A stretch of DNA of 55,595 bases, filler included, from Platydemus manokwari (lineage: Eukaryota), in the NCBI GenBank assembly GCA_037951405.1. It is 5 parts of 5 records of this genome, joined end to end, with 100 filler letters (N's around TTAATTAATTAA, not from the genome) between each part and the next. Parts side by side here need not be neighbours in the genome. Positions count along the whole stretch, not along the records: positions 1 to 15,676 come from JBBMOY011258096.1; positions 15,777 to 27,467 come from JBBMOY010458889.1; positions 27,568 to 36,396 come from JBBMOY011323539.1; 2 more parts are not named here. The stretch is one strand, 5' to 3'. The position numbers were made by a program, and so were the translations under genes. This document shows, one piece after another, positions 13,701 through 27,667 of this stretch. The first letter of the stretch is position 1. Each line of letters opens with the position of its first letter. The notes beneath the pieces were generated by a model that was not told where the DNA came from, made no database searches, and saw only the letters and a program-made list of their open reading frames with translations.

Positions 13701-14929
13701 CCAATGGTACGAGAAATACGAGGAAAATTTCAAGTAGATCGATCAACGAACAAATTCGGCAAATGCAAAACGAAGATTCTTGACATCAAACAGACATACT
13801 CAAAAGGACTACAAAAGAGATTGAGTTCCATGAGTATCTGCAAGTCTTTTTGGTCGGTAACTTAAGTGTTGAGTTTATCTTTGTGTGATTTTAGTAATTA
13901 GTCTTTTTATTCAATTTCTATTCTGTTTTCGACTTTCAGGTGCTGATCTCGTCTTGAATGACTTACTTTGTAAATTGTGAAAAGACTTTTTTACTGCTGT
14001 TATCGAGAGCTTGATTGTGATATTTTTGTTTATACAATTTTCAGATCTAAATTGCTGATTGATAACCCAACAGAAGCAAAATATAAATTCAGCATAATAT
14101 CATAATAATTATAATTATCTCATTGATTATTATGATTTATTTAATATGATGATAATGATAATGAATAATGACAATATAAATGACAATATTAATAACAATT
14201 CATTGAAATGATATTTAATAATAATAATATCACGATAATAAATCATTATAACAAAACTACTCTCAAAACATTGATCTGCTATTGAATTTATGGTTTCCCA
14301 GTTTCTGATATTGTGCAGACGACAGATAAAAGACGAATTTATTCATTTGAATTTAATTTCATAAAACTAATCGAATTCTATTTTATAAAATATTTTTCTT
14401 CGCCAAACAAATATGACATCGATTATTGAGCGCCATTTCAGCACACGGTAAGAGATTTTGATTTGTTCAATAAATAATTATTGATTTATTGTATATCATT
14501 TCAGATTAGGAAATGAAACATTAAAAATGAGATAAAAGGGAATCAATAGACTTTTACCAATTAGAATGGGATCGATAATAGCAAATATAATAATTAGATT
14601 ATAAATAATTATGAATAATAATTATAAATAATATTGGTCCTATCATATATTGGATGTTAAATCGAGTTTAAGTGTTTCCTACAAATATTATTATAATTTA
14701 AATACGAGTAATATGCATACCCACCACCCACACTCACACCAACCACCCACTCAGACCCACATCCGCCCACCAATACTTGTATATATAATAATGGAATAAT
14801 TAAAGTAATTTAAATTTATTCTGATCAGAAAGAACATTATTGAAATATTATTTCTAATGTTCAGATAGTTTGTTTAAGTATATGCTTAATATATATATAT
14901 ATATATATGTATATATAGGTACCGTTAGC

Positions 14930-15420
14930 ATGGCGACCATACATATGGATTCGATTTTCAGGCGAGTAATGACCTAGAAACATGAAGAGAGGACAAAATC
15001 GAACAATTTATCAAACGATGCAAACATTATTTCGAGTTAATCTCATGAATTTGACTGTATATGCTTTACTGGACCAGAGTACTCTCCTACAATAAGAGAT
15101 TCCTTTATAGATTACGAAAGAAGTGGTCTTTATTTATAATATAGTATTGATAGAAAATTGATGAAAGCCTTTCAATACAAAAGAGGATTGGAATTTGTAA
15201 AGGTTTTCTTTCAACAAGATAGAACAGTGTTTCATAAAATCACCAACGAAAGGATCTTTGTTCGAAGGACGCAGAGTTAGAACAGAAGTTGTTGATTATA
15301 AAATCGGGGTAAAATGCTGGACGAAGTTAGGGTAAAAATGAAGAATACCAACATAGTGAAATCAATGGAATGGTAAAAATTGGAACATAACTGAAAAAGT
15401 CGTGTCCAGCTATTCTTGGA
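14930..15420 (+). mobile_element. Possible degenerate LTR-retrotransposon (Gypsy-like) gag fragment
   Basis: Purine-rich coding-like segment with 'EDKIEQFIKRCKHYFEL', resembling gag N-termini, preceded by TGGCGACC (PBS-like) and flanked by (TA)n. Heavily interrupted by stops. Confidence 0.3.
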
Positions 15421-15676
15421 ATGAGAAAACTTTTTCAAATTTTTATTTATTAAAAATAAAATATAGTAGATTTCTTTACGAATAAATTACCAACTTTACT
15501 CCCAAAGGCATTTTATTTTTTGTATCGCCAATATTTGTCAGAATATCTGTCAAAGGTTTAAGATTACGGTTATAAAGGAATATTTAAAAGAAAAAGGTAC
15601 AAATTTAATTGTGCCATTTTCATTTGATAAGATTGAGAGGACACACCACCTCCCCCCCCACACACACACACATATA

Positions 15677-15776
15677 NNNNNNNNNNNNNNNNNNNNNNNN
15701 NNNNNNNNNNNNNNNNNNNNTTAATTAATTAANNNNNNNNNNNNNNNNNNNNNNNNNNNNNNNNNNNNNNNNNNNN
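15677..15776. other. Assembly gap with artificial TTAATTAATTAA spacer (same at 27468-27567, 36397-36496, 46074-46173; plain N gap at 22153-22296)
   Basis: 44 N + TTAATTAATTAA + 44 N = 100 nt. The spacer places TAA in all six frames. Three of these gaps lie next to microsatellites. Confidence 0.97.
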
Positions 15777-16193
15777 TCATTATTAATGAGATTGAAAGCT
15801 TAGTAAGAATTTAAGTTCTTGAATGAATGAAAATTTTAATAAATAAAATTTTATAAATAATTATTTCAATCGTATATGTTTTCTTATCGTGGCGTTATCG
15901 AGATATTTCACATATGAATCACATTTTCAAAAAATAAACTCGAAATTCGGTTTCTATAATTCAGCAATCAATCTTCAGCATAATTTATGTCCAATTTTTC
16001 CGAAATCTAACTTACCATGTTACACACAACATCAACTTTGCACATACACTCGGTGCATGTCATTGATAGAATGATGGCAATTTTTTGTCAAATCAACACC
16101 GATGCACACGGGAAAATAGGGTGATGATTAAACTATTGATTTTCTTGAATTGAAAGCATTCGAATTAGCTCGTGCTAAATTTATCACGTTTAG

Positions 16194-19100
16194 GCGTTGA
16201 CAATGTTTTTGTGAGCTCCAGTGAATTAGAGAAGCAATATCAATTATATTTGTCGAAATATCAGAGATCAGCTGCCATTGAAATGGAATCGGTGAGTTTG
16301 GAAAGTGCATCTTTGGATATGGATTGCTCTTCAGTTTATGATCAATTGGAAGATGCAACATCGTCTTCTGAAAGTGTTTCAGGTAAATTTTTTTGTTGAT
16401 TCCATGCCAATTTTAGAATTTTTCTTCAAATATTTATTTTGTTTTGGAAATTATTTTTATATAATTTTTTCGTAATTTAGATAATTATAATGATTAATAA
16501 TTTATTTATAATTCAAGTTAAAAATGTAACCATAATATTTATAATGATTATTGTAATAAATCTGAAATCGATACAAATTAGCAAAAACAATACCATTAAC
16601 CATGGATACAATATTTCATTTGACTAAACGATCACTGTACACAATCCACACCTATTCATGTTACCGGCATCATAAAATGAGATCATTATATTGTTTGTCG
16701 ATTTAAATGCCACGAATGTCGTAAAGAAATCCATGAAATCTTTTCGTAAGTGTGAAGCCTAAGCTCTCAATAGTAATTATCAAGTGAATTATCAAAAACA
16801 TTTCTATCGAACGTAATGATAAGTATTATATCGATCCTGACATACGTGGCTACGTGGTAACCAATGGCCACCGTATTAATTTACAGTTTTTACTATGTTT
16901 TTCATAAAAAGTTGATTACGATGATCTGTCAAAAATCCGACATGAGATTTGACTAAAACAACTTATTTTATTACAAAGTGAGGAGGGTTATTAGTCCAAT
17001 ATATGATTTTTATGACACATAGGATATACATGAAACGGGTTGAAATAATAATAATGTTATTTTTGATAATAAAAATACCAATAAGATAATTTTCTAATTT
17101 CATTTAACTTTCATGAAGACATTAAATTTGAAAGTGCTATCATGGACGTTCCGAATTCAATAACTTCTGGTTCATACAAGACGGCTCCAGAAACTCTCAA
17201 ATCAGGTACTGACAATGCATTGAGACCGATCAGTATGATTAGTGAAGGTTATTTTGAATTCATTATAATATACGGGATTTTTTTTAAAAAGATATGCCAA
17301 TAGTCTTTTCACAGGTTTAACTAATAATTTCCTTTTATTAAATTATTATTATTAAATGAAAAATATCATTTTAAATATCCACTACTCTCTAAGATGGCAA
17401 TCATTTGGGGTTTGATAGAATCTGATTTATGAATTCATTAAACGATACATTAATAAAATATTAAGCTACAAAGAGGGTTTTATTTTGAAAGTGATAGTGG
17501 TTCAATAATTTTATTAGCGAGATATTTAAAGGTTTGCTTTTTGGATTACATGATAACATTATGTATTGGGTTTCTAAGGTTTTATAATTTGGTAATTAAA
17601 TTATAATTCTATTTTAAAAATAATATTTTTCGAGGGCTATAAATCGACTAAAAACCACTTTCAAAATCAATGAATATTAATAAATTTTCACACTATTTCT
17701 TTCGTTAAATACAAAATAACGCTGACAAATTTTGTTTAACTAAATTGATAATTTTTTAAACTTTTATTGTTTCTCTCTCTTTTCAATACCACTATATATT
17801 TGTTTGGAATATTTATCCAAATAAATGTAGTTTTATATTGAATTTATTATTTAGATTCTGTTTCCACATTGGATGGAGTTCGGACTCCATTTTCCGATGA
17901 AGAATCTTCCAGACATGTTTCCATACTAAGCGATATCGACGAAATCAACGTTCCAGAGGGAGGAGTTCTAATATGGAAACTAAAATTAATAAATTACGAC
18001 TCAGCCTTGCACGACATTGTGTGCTCTTTTTCAGGAAAGGTGATAGATCTCAACCAACCTAATGTATCAATCCAGATCAAGGAAAAAGGAAACAAAATAC
18101 AGGAATGTCAATTTAAGAAAGAAAGCATTACGAAACTGGAGAGCGGACAGTTAACTTGTAAAATAATTGATAAAATAAATTGCAGTCTAATTGCATCTGA
18201 ATCGATCAATGTATTTATCCATGCTTCTAGTACATTTTTGGACTTGACTTTCGAATGCACAGAAGTAACTGTCATGGAAAACGAATTGATCACTTTAAAA
18301 TTAAATACAACAAAAGATTCGTGTACAAATTCAGTTCTTAAATCCTTAATATGGTACAAAGACAACGAAACACTTAATATGAAGGAGAATCGAATAAAGT
18401 TTTTCGTAGATTTGGAACATCATCAATTTGTATTAAACATAACAAAGGCTTCAACGGGTGATGCTGGTATTTATACTATTGGTCATGATAATACAGGACA
18501 TGTATACATAAAGCAACCTTCAAATATTTCGGCTCTACTTCTTGTTGAAAGATGTAAGAAGCCAATATATAAAGCTGCCAGCCAAGAAAATCAGTCGGTT
18601 CTTGAGGAGCACCATGTTCAGCCTATTTCACCTTTAAAAGAGTTGACTAAAGTAACTGAATATGAAAATGATTCAGAAATAGATGAAATGTATAAGAGAG
18701 CATTGACGGCGGTGACTTCCATTTCAGAATCCTCACAATCTGAGACTTATATATTGAATCAGCATCATAATGGACTTTTAAACTGTATAATAGAAGAAAT
18801 CGATCTTAAAGCCGGAGAAACTTTAGCGTTAACGATAAATCCGGCTGACATTCCACTGTCGACGTTGAAAAATGGTAGTTGGTATTTAAATTCAGAATTA
18901 TTAGATATTAAGAAATGGAAAGGAGAAGTAAGTATCTCTGAAAAAGAAATCAATCTTCATATTCCAAATGTGACGAAAGATATTGTAGGTATTCTTCAAT
19001 TTAGAATCGATAAACCAGTAAAATTATATTCACCTGAAATAACAATAAAAGTAAGAGGAAATATACCTGTTCTGATAGAAGAAAAGGTCGTACAAGTACG

Positions 19101-22100
19101 TTCAAAGCAGCTTCATCAAATTCAATCAACTGGCTATCTAAACTGTGATATAGAAGAGATTGACTTAGAGTTAGGTGAAACTTTGAGAGTAAATTTGAAT
19201 CCTTTGGATATTCCTTTATCATTACTGCAAAATGGTGATTGGTATTTGAATTCTGATAAAATGGACATCAAGAAGTTGAATGGTGAATGCACAATTACAG
19301 TAAATGAGATTACCCTTCGCATTCCTGATGTTTCAGTAATCGTTGCTGGCATATTAGAATTTAGGATTGATTTTCCTCAGAAAATATATTCACCTAAAAT
19401 CACTGTTAAGATTCGAGGGAGTTCAAAGAAACCTGATTCTGAAAAGTATTTCTCACAAAATGATCCAAATATCCAACTTGAACTGTCTAGTATCTATCTG
19501 GATCTATTAGAAAACCAGAACATTCTATTGGAAGCCAAGGTGGTGTCAGGGAATATCGATCTTTATCTACAACCACAATGGTTTTTTAACGATGATGAAA
19601 TCACAAATATCAATTGTAAGAGAGAATTTCACGATGGAATTGCTCATCTAGAAATTTCACAATCAAAGTCGACAGATGCTGGCCAATACAAAATTGTTTT
19701 CACACCAATCGATATGAACGTGGTCGGTAAAGTTGTTCGAGTATTTACGGTTTCTGTTAGAGCAATTAAAAGGAATCTCAAAGCAATCAATGCGAACATT
19801 CAAGTGTTTGAAGGAGAAGCCGTTACTCTCTGTGTCGATGTTGAAGGGTTCGTTGAGAAAGAAATAAAATGGAAGATTTCGAATAGAAATACAGACAAGA
19901 AATCGATTGAAAGAGTTTCTCAAAAATTCAATAATAATTTAGCATTCTTATTGATCGATAGTGTTACACTGAACGATAGTGGTAAATATACTTGTCAAGG
20001 ATTTGCCAACAAGGAATTGATTTCTGAATGTATGATAGATTTAGTTGTCAGTAGCAAGGTAGCCGATGTTCCTCAATGCAAAGTTACCTTTGAGAAAGAA
20101 ATATATTTCTTTCAAATCAACGACAATGTAGTGATGAGAGCCCGGCTAGAATGTAGCAGTTCTCATTACAGTGTCAGTTGGTTATTCAATGGCAAAAGTC
20201 TGCAAATGAAATCCAATATGTTGAGTGATGTCAAAGATGATGGGAAAATTGCAGAATTGACTATCAAGAATTGCACTATGGCTTTCAACGGAATCTATGA
20301 ATGTGTTATCCAAACTCGAACAGCTCAAAAATCGAGTGCAAAGACTGAATTAAGAATATCTGAAAAACCTAAAAAATATTTAAATTCCGTCAATAATGTT
20401 CTCGATATTGTGGAGTCTGACGAAATAAAATTGGAAATTTTCATTGAAAATCTGGCTGATTTGAAGGTTAAATGGAGTAAGGATAATGTCGATATAAGTC
20501 AGTATTCGGAATTCAACGTAATGCAAACTGATAATAAATTGTCCTTGATAAAGCACAAATCTATTTTGGCTGATGCTGGGAAATTCAAGTGTGAAGCTCT
20601 ATTCAATAGCGATTTAAAGGAATCAGTCGACTTTATCGTCAATATTCAACCTAATCAAAACGGCTCAAACCGATTGAAGCTTGTCTGCGAAGATAGAGAA
20701 ATCACTGTTAGCAAATTGGAACCATTAATAATTTCCTTGGAGATTTACAACTGGCAAGCAGCCGTCGTTGAATGGTTTAAAAATAATAAGAAATTCGGTG
20801 AACCATATGAATTAGATAGCCAATTCATTGATCTTTATGTTGAAAATCCTTCTCCAATCGATCACAGGGGTAAATATGTTTGTCGAGTAACCAATAAGCA
20901 AGGCGAAACCGATAGTGTAGAAATTATAGTAAAATTCCTTAATGATATTCAAACGATTCCAGAAGAGTCTGATTATCTGACATGCACCGTCGAAGAAGTC
21001 GATATTGAGGAAGATGAAAAACTCGAACTATCGGTTGAATCAAAAGTACCAACGGATTCATTGAGTTCCTCTCTATGGTATAAAGATCGCAAACCAATTG
21101 ACGAAAAAGATTCACGACTAACTGTAATTGTTCAACAGTTTTGTTATAATTTGATTTTGATGAATGTGAATATGAATGATGCCGGATTATATTCTTTGAG
21201 AAACAATGACAAATCTGTCGACATAACTGTCAGAGTAAGACCAAAACCAACGAAGCCATCTCAGACGAAAGATATTTTCCAAAAACTACAAGCTCCCAAA
21301 ATCAAGAAAGCCCTCAATGATATATTCATTGAAAAGGAACCGGAAACTGTGAAATTTGAATTTGAAGTAGAAGAATGTGGAACGACTAAAGCTCTTTGGT
21401 ATTTCGAAAATGAAGAAATTGAAGTTTGTTATAATTTTGAATTATATTTTTATTTATATATAAGCTCATACATGGGAAACTGTTAAGATGATTTCTTCTG
21501 ATATTTCATTGGTAGCGTTAAAGTAGCGTTAAAAATATTCTATTCGAGTCCGTTAGAGTTTTATTTTATTCCTGTAATCGAATTATTTATATGAAATCTA
21601 ATTAGACGAATTTAAAATATTTTACATTTCATTTAATAAAAGTTTTAGTGCCACTCTAACAAATCCAGCTGATTTATTCGTTGGGATAGATTAAAATAGA
21701 TAATATATAATTTATGTAAAGCAGCTGGCAGAAATTAGTGACTTAGTCGAATATGAAGGCCAGTAATAAGTTTTTATTTAATTCATATTGGGTTTTTAAA
21801 GTAAACGATATCAGTATCGTCATTTCCCGATAATGAAATAGCTGGTATTAACAAAAGCAAACTGCATAAATTCAATAAGAAATGTTATATGATTTCAAGT
21901 TGTCATTGAATCTCTCACAAGAAACAACATAGAATATGAGTGTTGCTTTGAATGTTAATCTTTTTTATCAGTCGGACAATGCGGAATTTATTCAATGGTC
22001 GTACGATAACTTTTATGCATTGACTATTCCAATGGCTGGAGAGAAGCACTGTGGCAGATATACGATTCAAGTGGCAAATGAAATGGGTATTGTGAAATCT

Positions 22101-25100
22101 GAAGCTCGTTTATCTATGATATTGAACATCAAAGCTCCAGAACCGTTGAAGTNNNNNNNNNNNNNNNNNNNNNNNNNNNNNNNNNNNNNNNNNNNNNNNN
22201 NNNNNNNNNNNNNNNNNNNNNNNNNNNNNNNNNNNNNNNNNNNNNNNNNNNNNNNNNNNNNNNNNNNNNNNNNNNNNNNNNNNNNNNNNNNNNNNNCAAT
22301 AATTTCTAAAGATCACCGTCGTTATCATATATGAAGCATCTGAAATGAATAAAAAAATTTCATATCTACCAAACATATACCATGCGATTTATAGGTCTTT
22401 GTTTCTAAAACTAAAATAAAACAACAGTAAGAACAAACTAAATGTATCGAGTTACTTTAATACACAACAAAATACAATAGCAATAAGAATAAATAACGGT
22501 AAATAATAAGTAATTTCATAGTAACTGTTCAAAATGTTACCCCAAACAGAGATTGCATCGATTCCTGCAGCTTGAATAACATTTACGAACGACTTCTTGA
22601 TTGGTGTTTATTAATTTATGCGAAATTGCTTCTTCAAATTCGTTGAGTGTTTCATAATTGTTATGGATTACATAAACTCGATTTGGTGCACTATTGGATG
22701 ACTATAAACACTATCTGCAAGCGAAAATTTAAAATCACCAGCTGTTTACGCCATATTGTATTAATGCAACTAACTTGCCTACAAAAAAATTCATTAAAGA
22801 ACATTAATAAGAAATAAGGAATAAAGTACATTAATCTGTGAATAATAATTAATATCGATGAGTATAAATAAGTGATTATAAATTATATTGTGTTTTGTTG
22901 TTTTATTTTAGTTTTAAATACGGAGACTTATGAATCTCATGGTATATATGGAGCTCAACTATAAAAATCAAACAGGCAAATAATAAGACAAAAACTTAGA
23001 AATAGTGTGATCCCAAACAGATGTGGTTCCGCTCTGATAAATTCTTTACTCAATAGTACTGCTTTAAATAATTATTTAATATTAAAAATGATTAATGAAA
23101 TAAAAGTAATTATTGTTGATATAAAATATAATTAATTTATATCACGAAAAAACCATAGCATACATTAGGTTATTGGGACCTTAAAGATATTGATATTGAT
23201 AATTGCTTTAATGTGTCTCACATTGTAATGATAAGCAGTCAAAGAATTAAATTCGTTTTTCATTTCTTGAGTAAAGTAAAATGTGATCGATTTTTATGTA
23301 TTTCATTCAGTGAAGCTTGTTGCATTGCTCCTCTATTCACAAAGAAACTCAAAGATCTTGATATTTTATCAAAGGAAACTATTCGGTTCAGTTGTCGCAT
23401 AATGGGCGATCCACCACCAAAGATCTTGTGGTAATCATTAAATTTATTTATATGATAATATCACATACAGTGGCAAAATTTTTCATAAATAATCTAATTC
23501 TAATAAATCTGTAGTATGTTTGGTTTATTCTGTGAATATAAAACGTAAAATTTAATGCGGTGTAGAAATTACACCGGCGAATTTGAGATTATATCTTGCA
23601 CTTATGAAATTAAATGATTTTTGAAGAAAGCCTCTTGAGTGAATCAAGCTGTTGCTGTAGATATTGAAATAGATGTCATACATACTGTAAGCGGCTACCA
23701 TTTAATAATGCGCGCATTAAAAACGAAAGACATAAAATTATATATTTCGATATAATTTTTAAAAAAATATAATTTTATATAAAATTTGAATTTAATCATT
23801 CTCACATCCCCTTTTCTTTATTATTTGAACTGTTAATCGTCTTTGTATTATTATTTATCGATTTATTGTATTTTTCTTTCAGGACAAAGGATGGAGAAAC
23901 ACTGGACTCAAAGAATTCAAACAAACGAATAAAAACCGTCAATGATTTCCCAAACCTGCAACTAACAATATCAGATGCCGGAATCGATGATGCTGGCCGA
24001 TATTGTTGTCTTGCAACGAATTATCTTGGATATGACACTACTGAAGCAGTCGTTGTTATAAACGGTAAACTAGAGTGACTCTAAAAGAAATAAAGAAAAA
24101 ACTAATGAAAAATCTTTGTTGAAAAGGAGACATGAATGATTGTCCCGATATTATCGAATCTTAATAGAGTCTGGCATACTGACCAAAAATTGTGACATAT
24201 TTTGGAAATTCATTTACCTAAATTATTATTGCATTTATCTGTTGTATATTGATAAGTAATTCTCCTAGAACTATTATATTGTATTACGTAAACATTTTAT
24301 TAATTATATTAATATCACTTATCATGGACTGACCTATTGAATGGTAAATCTCGTTACAGCACATATGTGCTTTACAGATTTTTCTAATTACAAAACTTAA
24401 GCTAATATTTGATTAAGCGTGTCATTTGGCATTAATCAGTGGGAAAAAATATATATATTGAAATTTTCTGTTTAAAAGATGTTTATTTTATTCATAAATA
24501 ATATCTATTATTTGTTAGGGAAGCAAAAATTTGGAAAAAAAAGTGATCGTTTAATGTCAGAGCCAAATATTAATATTAATGACAAATAAGGTAATTCATT
24601 GGAACATATAATATTTTATATTATTCTATCACCATAACTACAACTAAATTCCCAGAGCAATTTTAGAAACATTTTTAAATTAGAGCACAGAATAAATATG
24701 CTTGAGAAGCTTTTTATATACTCGATTGTCGAAGATTTTAATAATATCATGCACAGGGGGCTTTTAACCCATGATTTCCATATCGTTGTTTGATAGATTT
24801 TACCTGTATTCTACGAAGTTGTGTTTTGATAAAATTTTGTCTAGTATTATATTCCTTTTATTTAGATGATGAAGAAAATGATTTGATAAATTCCAATCGC
24901 ATTATGGGTAAGATTTCGAACCATAATGTTACTTCTTTAATTCATGTACATTTCAGTGAAACCTTTAGATGCACCAATTCTTACGGTGGATTTTTCGTCT
25001 CATAGTGATGTCGTTCTATCGTGGACCAGTGTTGAAACGAATGATCTTTTAAATGTGAGTTACAGCATAGAAAAGCAAAAATCTCTGACATCAACCAATT

Positions 25101-26819
25101 GGAAAAAGATCGTTAAAAATCTAACGGCAACAACGGTTTCTTTATCGCCAATTTATTTGCCTGCCAACGAACAACATACAATTCGATGTGTTGCAACCAG
25201 TGAATATGGATCGGAAACGATATCCAATGTGATAAATATTCCTATTAGAGCAAATGCTCCTATCTTACCATCTGATAAACCAACCATTGTATTCAAGGAT
25301 GCGACTTGTGTCAAGATATCATGGGCCCGTGCTAGGTGCAAAAACCTGACAGCTGATGAAAGTATTGGTAAAGTGTTTTACTGCCTGGAAATGAAAGATA
25401 ATCCGAAAAGCAGTTGGCAAATTGTTTCAAATGAGTTGATAAACACTGAATATTCCATGGCTCTAGAGCCCGGAGTATCATTTATGTTTCGTGTCACAGC
25501 TTTCAACGATTACGGAATGAGCGAACCAAGTCAAAGTTTAATTTCAAGAATTGATCGTTTGAAATTAGTACCCGACTTCTCGATCGACCCGCCTTGGCTT
25601 CATTTGAGAGGTCAAGCATGTTTAAAATGGCGAGCGGCCACTGTTCCAGAATATTGCGATTCGTGTGTTGCAGGCATAGTTCCTGATTACAAAGTAGAAT
25701 ACCGAAACGGAAGATTATCCCCCTGGAAAGTATATCAGGAAAATATTGTCCAAAATAAAGTCTACTTAACATCGGATATTATTGATATTGCTCAAGAATT
25801 CCGAGTTAGCTGTAGAAATAAATTTGGACAAAATGGTCCTACTAGAAGCTATAGATTGCAGGCAAATATTGTTGGTATATCTTCCAAACGTTCACCGTCT
25901 AGGGAAAAGTGCAAAAATATTATCAAATATGACGAACTTAAGAACTCTGAAATTGAATCCATTTCCAATGACGGATTAAGCCTAAAATGGGAGCCATGGT
26001 CGACAGATCAAATGAATAAGTACGTAATACAAAAGAAAAATCTTTACACAACAGAATGGGAACCAATTAATTCAGTCATTTTCGGTGAAAACTGTTTTCT
26101 CGAACTTCCTCTTAGTGAAAATATGTCTCGTCGGTTGAGAATTTTGGCGTTGGATGATATAAAAAATGAATTACACAATGCCTACAACAATGTGCTCATT
26201 CCAAACAAGGAAGATTGTGTTCCAACAGTTCCAGAAAATCTCGAAATCACTGACTTGTCAAGTAGTCATAATATCAGTTGGACGCCATCTAAATGCTTGG
26301 AACTAATCGATTCTCCGATTATTTATACTTTGCAAACTAAAACGAACAGCCAATTTTGGGTTACAATTGCAGATAAACTTGATAAATGTTTCTTCAAGAA
26401 CACGAAAATAGATAAATGTGGTGCCACAGGATATCGAATATCAGCAAGGAATGCTATCGGCTCCAGTGCCTTTAGCAAGGAAGTCTTCTTTCAGTCGATG
26501 ATCAATATCTTAGCTAATGAACAGATCGTGAAATCGATAAGATATTTTGTGGTGAATCCTGAAGAAATCGAAATCAAATGGCAATTGTGTGAATCGATTT
26601 TCGATAGTGGTTTATCGGGCGAAGATTTGACATTTCAAATTGAAAGAAAATTGGCCAAAGAAGCCATATCCGATTGGGTTGCCATCTCGAGTGTCGAATG
26701 TCGAAATTCGATTTTTATACCGATGACATTTGAAGATGAAAATCTATTCCGTATCCAACCATTTTACAAACACGAAAAATTAACTACGAGTCGCATATTC
26801 AGAATGTATATATCCAGAG
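16194..26819 (+). CDS. Titin/obscurin-like intracellular Ig(I-set)-Fn3 multidomain protein (partial; >=2,090 aa)
   Basis: Phase-compatible exons 16194-16382, 17119-17247, 17855-21423, 21972-22150, 23311-23430, 23883-24064, 24866-24907 and 24957-26819. About 12 Ig domains (W-x-K/N, D-x-G-x-Y-x-C motifs) are followed by 6 Fn3 domains (L-x-W...Y-x-(I/L)E...W...FRV-x-A-x-N-x-(Y/F)G-x-S). No signal peptide or TM segment in the visible part. The 5' and 3' ends lie near assembly gaps. Confidence 0.9.
22516..22700 (-). mobile_element. Tc1/mariner transposase C-terminal remnant (intronic)
   Basis: Minus strand reads PNRVYVIHNNYETLNEFEEAISHKL...QEVVRKCYSSCRNRCNLCLG*HFEQLL*, matching the typical mariner-type ending (...VY...T..EL...I...C....G.HFE.LL). 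Confidence 0.7.
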
Positions 26820-27667
26820 GTTGGTTGGTATTTAATAGAATATTTCAATTCTTGTTCAGATACTTCTATCCTTTTCCCTAATTTGCTTTATATAAATGTT
26901 TTATTTTTTTCAATATAATGATTGGATTATGTAAAACAACTTTGACATGATGGATAAGATGTTATGCTAAAAATAAAAATACAACGTGTTCATACCAAGG
27001 AGTAACAGATAATGAGGTAGAGTAAATTGTTCGTTGATATTTCCTGCTATTAATAAATAATTATTCACATCATAGATAAAATAATTATCCAAGTCTTCTT
27101 GCTGAATTATCCTTAGTATTAGATTAAATTATCATCGGATAAAGTTTATATAGAATAAAACCATTGGTTCAATCATCATTGCTATAGTTACAAATTCGTG
27201 GCCTATAATGAGATTTCTTAGAAAATGAGTTCTTAAAGTGAGTAAGGAGTATAATTTATTATAATTTAAAAATATTAACAGTGGTTATATATTATGGACA
27301 TCCAACTTTTTTAAAAAAACAAACTATGCAAGCTACTATAAATTTCCATTTAAATGCAAGAACCTGAAATAACATTACTCTTTATATAGCCATATATAAA
27401 GAGCAATATATAGGAACACATACAAACACACACACACCCACACACATATATATATATATACGTGGACNNNNNNNNNNNNNNNNNNNNNNNNNNNNNNNNN
27501 NNNNNNNNNNNTTAATTAATTAANNNNNNNNNNNNNNNNNNNNNNNNNNNNNNNNNNNNNNNNNNNNAGTTATTATTATTATCAAAAATAAGTGTATTTT
27601 CATTAAAAATAAATTTCATAAATCCTCTATAATGATATTTTCAAAATTAATCATTAATTTCTTCTAG

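Noticed and set aside
9950-13800. Several slightly GC-richer coding-like patches
   Set aside because: Probably old transposon debris, but no diagnostic motif could be identified.
14413-14447. ATG-containing mini-exon as first exon of the Ig-Fn3 gene
   Set aside because: Its donor is phase 2 while exon 16194 needs phase 1, and a gap intervenes.
15721-15732. Recurrent TTAATTAATTAA palindrome (four times)
   Set aside because: Always centred in 100-nt N gaps, so it is an assembly spacer, not biology.
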